The notes under the pieces were generated by a model. It was given only the letters and a program-made list of their open reading frames with translations. It was not told where the DNA came from and ran no database searches. This document shows positions 1-10,979 of a DNA stretch of 64,000 nt, piece by piece. The stretch's first letter is position 1. Each line of letters begins with the position of its first letter. The stretch covers positions 35,526,001 through 35,590,000 of the forward strand of contig CM022671.1 in assembly GCA_012295275.1 (NCBI GenBank). The letters run 5' to 3'. The position numbers were made by a program, and so were the translations under genes. The stretch is from Chrysomallon squamiferum (lineage: Eukaryota; Animalia; Mollusca).

Positions 1-192
1 ATGCTAAAATTATTACAGTAGGTACAAAGGTAAATAGGTAGGTAGGTAGACAGATAGATAGATAGATGTAGATACAGACTAACAGAAAGAAAGACTGACA
101 AAAAGAGAGACAGACAGATTGAGAGACAGTAACCAGAAAGGACAGATTCATCCTCAGACGGACAGACGGACAGACTGACTGAAGAAGATAGA
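1..192. repeat. Compound GATA/GACA/AGAC simple repeat
   Basis: Runs of taggtagg, gatagata, gacagacaga and gacggacagacggacagac. Confidence 0.7.
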
Positions 193-852
193 ACAAAATA
201 TATTTAAAAAAAAACCGAATAAACATTAATTTCTCTGGCAATTACAAAATTACAGCTAATATGTCTTGAACACAAACTGCTCTGCACAATGTGACAAATT
301 AAATCCTAAACAAGAACCGAACTGGCAATTAATTGTCATTATTACCGTACTAACTGCAATAAATAAACTACTAATTACCAAACAAGTGTTACCGTATTTA
401 TTACAAAACAAACCTTCGCGATGTTTTACTATATTCCTGTACAACATTTATCAGATGGGTTCTGTCACATTAAGTATATTCTAAAAACGTTGCTGTGCTG
501 ACGTAATTTTGTTGTTTTCTTTTTATTACCTCTGTTCAGTTGTTTATTTCATTTTGTCACGACAAAAACATGCGCTTGGGGAAAACACGTACAGATTAGT
601 TTAAAAAATAAATGAATCAATAAACATTTGTATAACAACACCTCGAGTTCTCAACACGTGTTAGTATTATTAGACGGTGTGTGTTAAACATAATGGCGGA
701 TATGAAGGAGAAAATACAGTACCGTCTCTTTGATATTTACTGTGATTCAATAAACATCAAAATGTGTTTTACACGCACGTTCCCATGTATTAACAAAGCA
801 AATACCATGACAATATTATTTTTATTGTTACTAGCTTTTATTTATTTATTTG

Positions 853-894
<42 letters not shown>

Positions 895-903
895 TTTTTA
901 TTA

Positions 904-934
<31 letters not shown>

Positions 935-945
935 TTTATTTATTA
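853..945. repeat. (TAT)n microsatellite with (TTTA)n flank
   Basis: Long tattattat run. It produces the poly-Tyr/Ile spurious ORF 681..971. Confidence 0.9.
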
Positions 946-1271
946 GTTTTACAGTTCGTGCAGACATGTAGCGCTTGATGGAAACACTGAAATTCATTTC
1001 ATCTCATGAAAGATTTAATTAAAACTAAAGTCAAATCTAAAATTTTAATTATTTATATATATCAAGTTCGAGATACATTTAGTTTTGCTCTATTTTTCTC
1101 TCAGCTTCATTTTTAGTATTAATTTTTTTAAATGTTATCACTAATAAAAAAAATAAAAATAAAAATAATAAAGCGCCTTCGATATTAAAGTACGAAACAC
1201 ACATAAAATATTCACATTTTTATTTGCTTAACGTTTCGATCCTGATCTGTGTTAATGGGGTAGGGTTTTAA

Positions 1272-1288
1272 ATTGTAGGGGGCGCTCT
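1272..1288 (+). promoter_or_regulatory. CTCF-like motif (partial)
   Basis: attgTAGGGGGCGCTct matches the 3' half of the CTCF consensus CCASYAGRKGGCRSY. The 5' CCAS part is missing. Confidence 0.3.
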
Positions 1289-1411
1289 GCTCAGCGATGT
1301 AAAGACGTTTGCGCTGGTAATACGTTTTGTGAACTACTGACACATGCATTTAATTTTTATGAAAATTATTTGAAATTAATAATAATAATAATAATAATTG
1401 CAGTTATTGCA

Positions 1412-1444
<33 letters not shown>

Positions 1445-2199
1445 TGTTCACCTTCAGCAAACCTGGAGTCCAGATTTCTTTTCTTTTCTGTTTTTTTTTT
1501 TTTTGGTTTGTTTTATCTTCCGATCTAAAATCCGCTCCAGTTGTTCGTTGTTTTTTATTCTGAATACTTTATTCTTAAGATTTCCAGTAGCTTCTTCTAT
1601 CTTTCTTTTTGAATAAAGTTGAAAACACGATAAAGAAAACATTCCACAAAGAGATGTTTGACAGAGGCCCACATCGCACGCAGCATTACAGTTTGTAAAA
1701 TGCAAAAAATCAAATTAGACTGAGTACGGAAAAAGTGCGTGTATAAAAATGTCAGTCTTTCGTGAATATGTATGATCTTTTCTCTGTCTGATCAAACGTT
1801 ATTAAGCTTATTTCAATAACTGTCCTTCTGGAGCTATTTTCCAGTAAAGTCCAATGATGATAACTTAAACACACACAAAAAAAAAAAAAAAAGAAAAGAA
1901 AAAAAAAATGAAGCAAAATGCTTGATACCCTCGCTATCAAAGGCTGCAATTTAAATTATAATCCATTCAAACAAACCAACTCGATATATCGCCCTGTCAA
2001 ACAGTAATGAATTAATGATGTATGAACCTGTATTGAACTATAAACATACTGTTTATGTTGCAACTCTCCACTCCTGTTCTCACAAAACAAAACATATTTT
2101 TTTCCCTATAACACAAAAATTGATTTTTACTTTTAAGATAATTTCTAACGGAATAATTTTGATAAACAATATATATATATATACTATTTGTGAGCGTGT

Positions 2200-2202
<3 letters not shown>

Positions 2203-2265
<63 letters not shown>
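2203..2265. repeat. (GA)n microsatellite
   Basis: About 30 perfect GA units. Confidence 0.95.
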
Positions 2266-2267
<2 letters not shown>

Positions 2268-3189
2268 CTAAAATTGTATGTTACAGTATAAAGAAGAAAG
2301 AAAACGAAAAGGAAGAAAGAACAATATGGTAAATAAAAAAGATATTTGTATTATTACTATTGTTAGTTTGCTGTTCTGGCTGTTGTGTCTATATTCACAT
2401 TACGTACTGAAACATATACAAATAAAATAAAGTAAAAGAAAAATTAAAAGAATCTAACAATTTTAATTCTTTTGCAAATAGGACTGTATGATCGTACCTT
2501 TAGTTTATTGATCTTCTGACAACAGGCGTTCAATCATGATTTACGTAATTATTTGAACACTATTATTTTAGCAATGTAAATCTTTACCCAAATAAACTGC
2601 CTGAAGGTTTCTAAAAAATATAAATAATTTTTTATCTTTTATTATTATTATTATTATTATTTTAAAATAAAATTTAAATGAATAAAATAGACACAAACGA
2701 AAAATATGACTGGTGGAGGGACAAATAAAGGAAATATTTATGGAAGACAGACTGTAGATTTTTCCTCCATACCATTTGAGAAACTGTAGAAAATCATACC
2801 CTCTTAAATACGTGATATGTTTTGTTTATTTGTTTGTTAGATTTTTTTTTTTTTTAATTTTTTACTGATTTATTATTATTATTATTATTATTTTTATTTT
2901 TATTTCGAACGTATTTGTCATTCGCCTGTTGCTTCTAAAGATCCTTTTTATTCACAAAATCTTCATCATACATTATTTTTCTGACAATAATAAAATTTTC
3001 CTTGATCTTTTCTCAGCCATTTACACCTTTTAACATATATAACCAATAATACACTAAAGTTATATTTTTCTTAACACTACACAATCTCTTATTTTTTCCT
3101 AGCACAAAATAAATCGCTCACCATGAAATATTTAATATATATAATACATAACTGAGAATTTCAAACACGCGTCTGACAGACAAATCGTA

Positions 3190-3720
3190 CGCCTTGTTAC
3201 GGAAGTTTAAATGCAAATATTGTTCATTTCTACATTACATTAATTATCATGCAGTAGTGTCCAACTTATAAACTTCAGAACAGAAACACACATAGTTCTT
3301 TACTGTAGCTGACGCTGTCGATTAAGTTGCAAGTGTCACTCAGTAGTGTTAAAAGAATAAAAGTGCAAATTAATACTGGTCTTGTATAATTATTTGCGGT
3401 TGTTTCTGTTGTTTTCGATATTTGTTCGCAAATGTTGGTGCGCGCATTGTTGTTGAAGGAAATTGAATACAAACGGAAGTTGTGAGGGGACATCTAACAT
3501 CTGTGTCGCCAAATGTGATTTACATGTGAAAAAAAAAAATTTGACTATTATATTTTTCTGCTTTCTTTTTGTTAAAAAAAAGCCAAGAGTAATCTACGAA
3601 ATGAATTCATTGTAATGTCTTCATTCACTTCACTAAACAATAATTATTGTTTTTATTGTTTTCTGTTTTGTTTTCTTATGCCCGAAGTTATGGGGAATAC
3701 CTCCGGAAAGACTTTGCCAT
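3190..3720 (+). promoter_or_regulatory. Putative FKBP6 promoter region with ETS-type motifs
   Basis: CpG-retaining stretch with ACGGAAGT (about 3199 and 3473) and CCGGAAAG (about 3703), upstream of the first recognisable FKBP6 exon. Confidence 0.35.
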
Positions 3721-4388
3721 ATTTAATTATGCTTTCACTTTCATTTTCCATGCACAGTACGCTGAACTCATTTTTTTTTCTAAACTGAAATTAAACTGAA
3801 TTTTATATACTTTTAATTTGCATAAACTAAACAGTTATTATGATCAATAAATGCTCTTATGTGGCGCTATTTTCCTTCATTAAGAAACTTCGTTATCAAC
3901 AATATATAAGTTATAACAATTTCGCAAAGAGTATTTGTGAGCATGTACTTTTTGGCAGTTAGTATTCTAATTACCTGTTGTTAATTACAATTATTCTACG
4001 TTGATTAGATCAGTAAAACAACTGGTGGAGCAACAACAGAGCAGATGACAATGAAATTATAAATGCTGCAGATGTTAACGTCTGTTCAGTGATGTCTATG
4101 AGCCTTTGGTTCACGTTAATCCACAACATAATGAGACTTATGTTAAAAAAAATAAAAAAAATAAAAATAAGAGAACAAATATACTTTTGGAGTTAATCAG
4201 TTTAATTATTTTAACAGTATTAGGTATAACATTTATCTTCAGAAGATGATTGAAAACCAGATTTGAAGTGCAACAAAAACAGCAGCAGTATCATTCATAC
4301 AAGCTATAATTATTATTAGTGTTGTTGTTATTATTGTTATTGTTATTATTGTTGTTGCTATTGTTATTGTTGTTGTTATTATTATTAG

Positions 4389-7300
4389 ATTGATGATGAT
4401 GAACCTTCAGTTAATATAAAGGAGGGTATTGACATTAATGATCTGAAGGATCCTCAAGGCAAAGGTGTAGTCTTTGAAGTTGAAGAAGAAGAGCAGCCTT
4501 CTGGTAATTTTGTTTTAAACATGTTCTGAAGTAAATGAAATGAAATTTGAATGATCTCTGTTAATATGACTGTAGTTATTAACTTATATATACGTAATAA
4601 TAAATATAGGAGTTTTTAAATATTAATTAATATTTACTTTCAGACTTTCTACTTTACATAAATGCAGGTAAATATAACATCAGAAGAAGATAAATAATAG
4701 TTTAATTTACAAAAATAATAATTACAATTTGTATTTAAATGGATAATGCATTGAATTTTTTTTTTTTAATGATTATTATTATTATTAATTTTATTTAAAG
4801 TAATAAATTCTATTTTATATTAAAAGCTTTTAATATGTTACAACTATGTCATGTTTTTAATTTTCAGAGCCTGATACGACAAATAGGTATTTCAATCCTG
4901 ATCAGATAGTTGAGAACTTGTATCATCCAGAGAGCTCGAGTGACACTGAGGAGGAGGATGATGTGAGAGGACAGTTTGAACGGATGATGTTGAAGATGGA
5001 GGACATCAGTGAGGATAAAGATGGTGGGATCATGAAAAAAATCCTGACCCCAGGCACTGGACCCATTGTCCCAAGAAATGCATCAGTAAGAAGTGTGTAG
5101 GTTTTGAATTTTTAAAAATGTTGAAATTCTCTCCTTTGCTGAAATCAGAGATGTTTGTAAAAATTTGTTTTGTCTTTTGAATTTTGTGCAAATCAATATT
5201 GGTACACTTAACTGTTAACTACTTTCTGATATTTGAACCTTCCTTTATCACCATCTTTGTATTGGTAACAGACACATTAAGTATTTGTGTTAAAATAGCT
5301 GCAAAATAATCTTTCTCGTTGTGAAATGCCAGTTCATTACAATGGATATCTGGAGTACGCTGATGAACCGTTTGATTCAACTCGTTTGAGAAAATGCGAG
5401 GAGAAAAAGCGACTGGGAAAAGGTTTCTTATTTCTATAGTTTCTATGACAACATAAAATTATAAATTATGGTAATTATCAGTATTGCAATAAATCTGCAA
5501 GTAATTCTCATAAAAATAATTATTTTTAAGAAATTTCATAGCCAGGCCAAAAAAATTATTTATTTCATTCTTTTTTAAATGAATACAACAAATTTTGGCA
5601 TTTGTTTTTAGCATGTAAAAAATTTATATAAAAATTTATAAAAAAATGTATTTTACACATTAGGCTGAAATATGTATTTATATTTTTTCTTGAAGTTTGT
5701 TTTGCCGCAGCCATTTGTAATTTATAATACAATTATTACTGCTTTAAGGAGACATGTTTATTGGGTTTGAGAGAGCTGTGTTGTCAATGAAGAAAGGGGA
5801 AATGTCCAGATTTATCATTAGACCAAAATATGCGTTTGGTAAAATGGGGTGTCCTCCACGCATACCCCAAGATGCTTCCTGTAAGAAAATTAACATTCTA
5901 ATTAAAATCAACTCAGTCTAGAATTATTAAATTGAAAATTAAAAACTGGTGTTGTAGATCAAATCATAATTTTGAAAGTAATATAAAATTAAGAAAAATG
6001 TCTGTAATTCACTGATTTATAGTCTTTTTTCTCTCTCTCTTTTCATTTTTAAAAAATGTATTAACTAAGTTTCCACATATTTATTTATTTATTATTAGGG
6101 TTGTGTTCTTGTTGGTTTAAAATTATTTGTTTAATACTAAGCTGCTGTTTTTATTTATTTTATTATTAAGTTGTTACTATTTTTGTTATCAAGTTCTGTT
6201 TTTATTTGCATATTTTTTTTCAGTGCTGTATGATATTGAGTTACTGAATTTTTTGGAAAAGGATGAAGTTGATGACTACTATCGAATGACACCAGTAAGT
6301 AAGAAAAACATTATTTTAAATTAAAACATAAAAGTAACTTGTTCATAAATTAATTTAAATACAGAAGACAGGCACAAATTGCACTTCAAATTAATATGAG
6401 TGACTTAACTTCAAAACTGCACTTTGTTGTGTTGTTTGACAGTTAACTGGTCTGTATAATCAAACAAGTACCCAAAAGATTTCTGCTTTAAGCTGATAAC
6501 CAACCATTGGGTATTGTAAGTTACAGCATTTTATTATTATTGTTATTGTTGTTTTTGTTTTAAATATGTTTTCTTAAAGAGAATGAATAACCAGTTACTT
6601 CTATTTTTAATTTCTTGCAGGAAGAAAGAACGAAAGTCAGTTTTGAAAACGTTTGCAAAATTTGCAGGACTGAAAAATCTGTAAGTAGCTGTAAAAGATC
6701 TTTGAACTAAATAAATATTCACTTGGACAAACAAAGTCCATGCTGTTCTGGCACATTCTAATTCTGAAAATCTTTAATTAATATAACAAAATATTAAACT
6801 AATGGATTTTAGTGCATCTTTCTGCTCACAAATAATTAATGTTTTCATCTGTTAAAAAATATAAAAGCAAAAAGGTAACATATATTTTCTCATACTGATA
6901 TTCACTGAACCCTATTTTTCTGTTGCCATTTTTGATAATGGAAATCTGCATGTGCCAGACATTGCATGAACAGAGAGTTTTGAAATCTATCTCTGATATC
7001 TGAGAAATCATTCATTCTTTTATCCATCATGTTGAAAACTCACAGCAGTAGCATCGTTTTTACATTATTAAATTCATTTTATTTATATATTTTAAGAAAG
7101 TAAAAATATACATAAATTAATAAACTGGTGTTTTTGTATTTCCAGGAAGCAGAACAGTTCTACAAAGATCAAATGTGGAAGAAAGCTGTTTCAAAATATT
7201 TGAAGGTAAATTTGGTTTATGTAATTTTTTTAATAAAAAATTTAACAAAAATCAAAATGGTAGATATTAATTTGTTTGAATGTTTCAAGGTTTGCCGAGT

Positions 7301-10003
7301 GTTGGAAGATGTTCACTTGAAGAATGATGAAGAACAACAGTCACAGCAGAAACAACTTGTCAAAGTCTACACAAACATCGCAAACTGTTATGTCAAAAGC
7401 AACGAGCCTAAAAGAGCGATACCTTTTGCAAACAGAGCCCTCGAAATAGACCCAAAACACGTAAAGGCATACTTCTGGAAAGCAAAGGTAACTTTATATT
7501 TTTATTTAGTTTTTGTATATTACAATGAAGAATATTGAGGTTTTTATTTTTGATTCATTGATCTGTAATTTTCAGATTTATTGTGATTTTTTAGTTGCTA
7601 ATCATATTTATAAACATTCTGATTAATTTTGTTCATGTTATATTCATTGTATTTCATTTGTACCATGTTGGTAATTATAATAATAACACACTTTGTAGGC
7701 TCTGCATTCGCTGGCTAACTTTGATCAAGCAAGAACAAATCTCATCAAGGCTCAGAAAATTGCTCCAAACAGTGCTGACATTAACAAGGAATTAATAAAA
7801 CTAAATGAGTTAGATTTTAAAAACAAATATTATTAGGGTTCTTGATTGGTAAAAAAAAAATCTTGATTTTTATATGAAAAAGTAACACTATTTAGTAACA
7901 AAAAAGTAATTTTTGAGTGTAGTTACAGGAGTACTAAAAAACTAGATTAATGAATTTTAAATTTTTGTCTAATTAATATCTGCTTGTTACTTTCATACTA
8001 GCTTAAATGTATTCTGCATTTTAACTGTTATTATTGTTATTGTTATTGTTGTTGTTATTATCAAGTTCAGTGTTTGTTTACAGTAATGTATTTATTTGAA
8101 GGAATTTTAAGAAATTCAAACTTCAGGAAACAACATTTTGTAGAAAGATGTTTTCAGGCACTAAACAAGATACAGGTAATATTTTATATTTTTTTTATAT
8201 AAAAGAAATAAAATCAATCATGAAGAACTGCCAAATATATTTTACACTAATGTTTGATAATTACATTTTATTTATTCAAAATGCTTAGAATTTCAGGCTG
8301 ATATAACTTATAAGATTCTTAAATAGTACAAGAAAACCCCAGAGATTACTAAAACACTATGATATATTATTAATTTTTTAAAATGTGTATTTATTGTAAG
8401 ATAAAAGGAGAGACAAGACTATGTTTGTGGTGTGTGGATGTACGTATTACATTTATGTTCTGTGCTTTTAAAGACGACTCGAAAGAAATTGAAGACAAGA
8501 AAGAAGAAAAGATGTTCACATGCTCTGATGACTTCAAAAAGGCCTACAACAACCGATTAAAGTAAGTAAACACTAAGTTATAGTTACAATTTGTCTGTCA
8601 TGTTTATATTTACCTTTATATCAAATTTGACATTTGTTTTAATAATTTGTATGAATGGAGTATGTCGATCTTGCCCAGACAGTCTCCACAGGAGAGAGCA
8701 ATCAACATTAAAGCTAATTTCTGCATGGGTGAGATCAAATACATGGGTTTCTCTTACTGATTAGCAGTAAGGTAATTTTATTTAAACCTTCGTGTAAAGA
8801 GGAAAAAAATATATGTCAGTCACAGAATTCTGTTTGGAATGTGGAAGAGGTACATTCCTCCAGTGAATTATATTCATTCGGTGGGTTGTCATGTTTGGTG
8901 CCTGCTAGAATAAGGGATTGTGGTCTTGTGAAATAATTAAATGTTATGGTTAAATTAATTAAATATATAATTCTGTTAAATAAGAAAAAATTATGTTAAA
9001 TTTTTCAAAACAATAAAAAAAAAAATATATATATAATTTAAAAAGCATTATTCTGTTTATATTTATTAACTGGAATATTACCACAAAGTATAAAAACAAA
9101 TAAGCTTGAAAATTAATAAATATTTATCATCTGAAACACTGTTTATTTGTTATTTTATAATATCCTATTCTCTGATTATAATAATTTTTTATGCTTGTTT
9201 TGTTTTGATTTTTTCGCTGATTTATTACTGTATATTAATTACAGGAACTTTGTTGCTTGCCTGCTTATTTAACATTTATTTCCAGGGAGTTTATTGCTGA
9301 CCAGGATGTTAATGAACTACCGTTTCCATCATACCAGCTGTCTGTACCAGAAATAGAGTACATGCTGGAAGTAGCATTGGAGAAAGGATTGCATCCTGAG
9401 TCTCGCGGAACTGTAAGTTATCAAATGTACAAAAACCTGCACATATTTATAAATATATATGAAGAAAAGTAATTAAACATACTTGTATACAAAAAAAAGC
9501 TACATAAAAATGACAAGCACGAAGTATTGTTTTAAAGATTTGTGTGACTGCAGTTAGCTTTTTCTAATGTCTACAAACTGCAAGAGAAATTTCAAGTAAA
9601 AAAAAAACTTTAAATATTTAATCTGTGATAGCATGATGAAAAGCTTTTTGTTCATTTTTAATTCTATTTTAAATCTGTTAATTTTAATTTTTAGCAAGTT
9701 GAATAATACTTAGAAACGTTTGTTGTATTGCAGAGTTTTAATTAATATAACCAAAGCAGTTAAATATTTCATCAGAACCTTTACAATCAACTGTGGCTCC
9801 ATTTTTTTAAAATTTTAATTAAAATAGATAAATTATCTTTTAACTGTATTAGAAATGATATTAGGTGTTAGCTATTTTAATTTAATATGTGATTAACAAA
9901 TTCAGAATTTGTATGAGAGTACAATTAGTATTTTATATAAACTGTGTTTCAGGGAGACCATGTGAATTTTGTTATAAGAAAGAAAAAAAAAGAAAATAGC
10001 TAG
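4389..10003 (+). CDS. FKBP6: FKBP6/shutdown-like inactive peptidyl-prolyl isomerase (FKBP domain + TPR + C-terminal R3H-like extension); start-codon exon not located
   Basis: Exons, all GT-AG with consistent phases: 4389-4503, 4868-5092, 5333-5422, 5749-5880, 6224-6294, 6621-6680, 7146-7205, 7290-7487, 7699-7808, 8102-8175, 8474-8561, 9286-9412, 9953-10003 (TAG). About 466 aa. FKBP motifs DGGIMKKILTPG, IHYNGYLEYADEPFDSTRLR, SMKKGEMSRFIIRPKYAFGKMGCPPRIPQDAS (FKBP6 signature; Y82F/W59F-type substitutions). TPR VYTNIANCY...ALEIDPKHVKAYFWKAKA. AATAAA at 10223. Confidence 0.9.
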
Positions 10004-10979
10004 TTTTTCATCACTGGACATTCAGATAAAATGAACAGAAAAGACCATGCAAGACATGTCAGTTTTTTGTTGAGCTTGGCATCACAGTTACAGAAATCAG
10101 GAGAAATCAGTTAGCAGTTTTATACTGAAACAAATTGTGAGAAGGAAAAAAATAAGTTTTATTTTATCTTGTTTTTAGCGTGGTACGTTTCCGCCATAAG
10201 AGTGTTTGTGTTTTATTTTTTCAATAAAATTAAGAATTTTACTTCTTTTACCTGTGTTGTGTGTTGTATTTGTTAGTGTTTATTGATTGTATTATAACAA
10301 CTAGAATTTATTAAATTAAATGAAAAGTAATTTTGTATGGGTATCATTTAATGACCAATGACCCACTGATGTATGGAACTAAATTGTTACGATTTCTTCT
10401 GCTGAAATGAAATAAAAAAACCCATAGAAATTCAGCTAGTACAAAGAATTATCAGCAGATTATATAACTTGTTTGCATGAAAGAGAAATATATGTGTACT
10501 TGAAACTTTTAGTTTATGGACATTATCAGCAGATGAAAACGTTGAGTGGGGTGCAGATGAAGTGTCATAGGTCAGCATTAATTACTAGAAAACAAAAAAT
10601 ACATGAAACAATTCTTCAGAAATTATTTTAACATCTTATAGATACAAAAAAAAAAAAAGAAAAAAAGTCAATATGAAGAAACTAAATAAAAGATTTTCTA
10701 AATGTTTTATTGATACATTCACACTCTTGTTTTGTTTTGTTCAATGACTTGCACCAGTCTTGATAATTCATGATTCTGGATCCTGGAGAAAATGTGTGAA
10801 TTACAAGACAAAAAAACAACAATTACATTTGTTTTTCTCACAGCATATGTCTTTCAGTCTGTGCATAAAATGACATCCACAAGATCTGCTTGATGGAAAG
10901 ATTTAAATCTCCTAAATCCAAACACTTTAATATTCTGACACTACAACAGTATCTACAAGCAATGTATGTGTACTTTGTA

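Noticed and set aside
681-971. 96-aa ORF with poly-Tyr/Ile, and similar ORFs at 2015, 19048-19565, 48174-48447 and 59351-60036
   Set aside because: They are translations of microsatellite or low-complexity DNA, with no domain or splice support.
1454-1705. Lys/Glu-rich minus-strand ORF (KIEEATGNLKNKVFRIKNNEQLERILDRK)
   Set aside because: It looks protein-like, but there is no recognisable family and no convincing flanking splice sites, and the poly-K comes from a T run.
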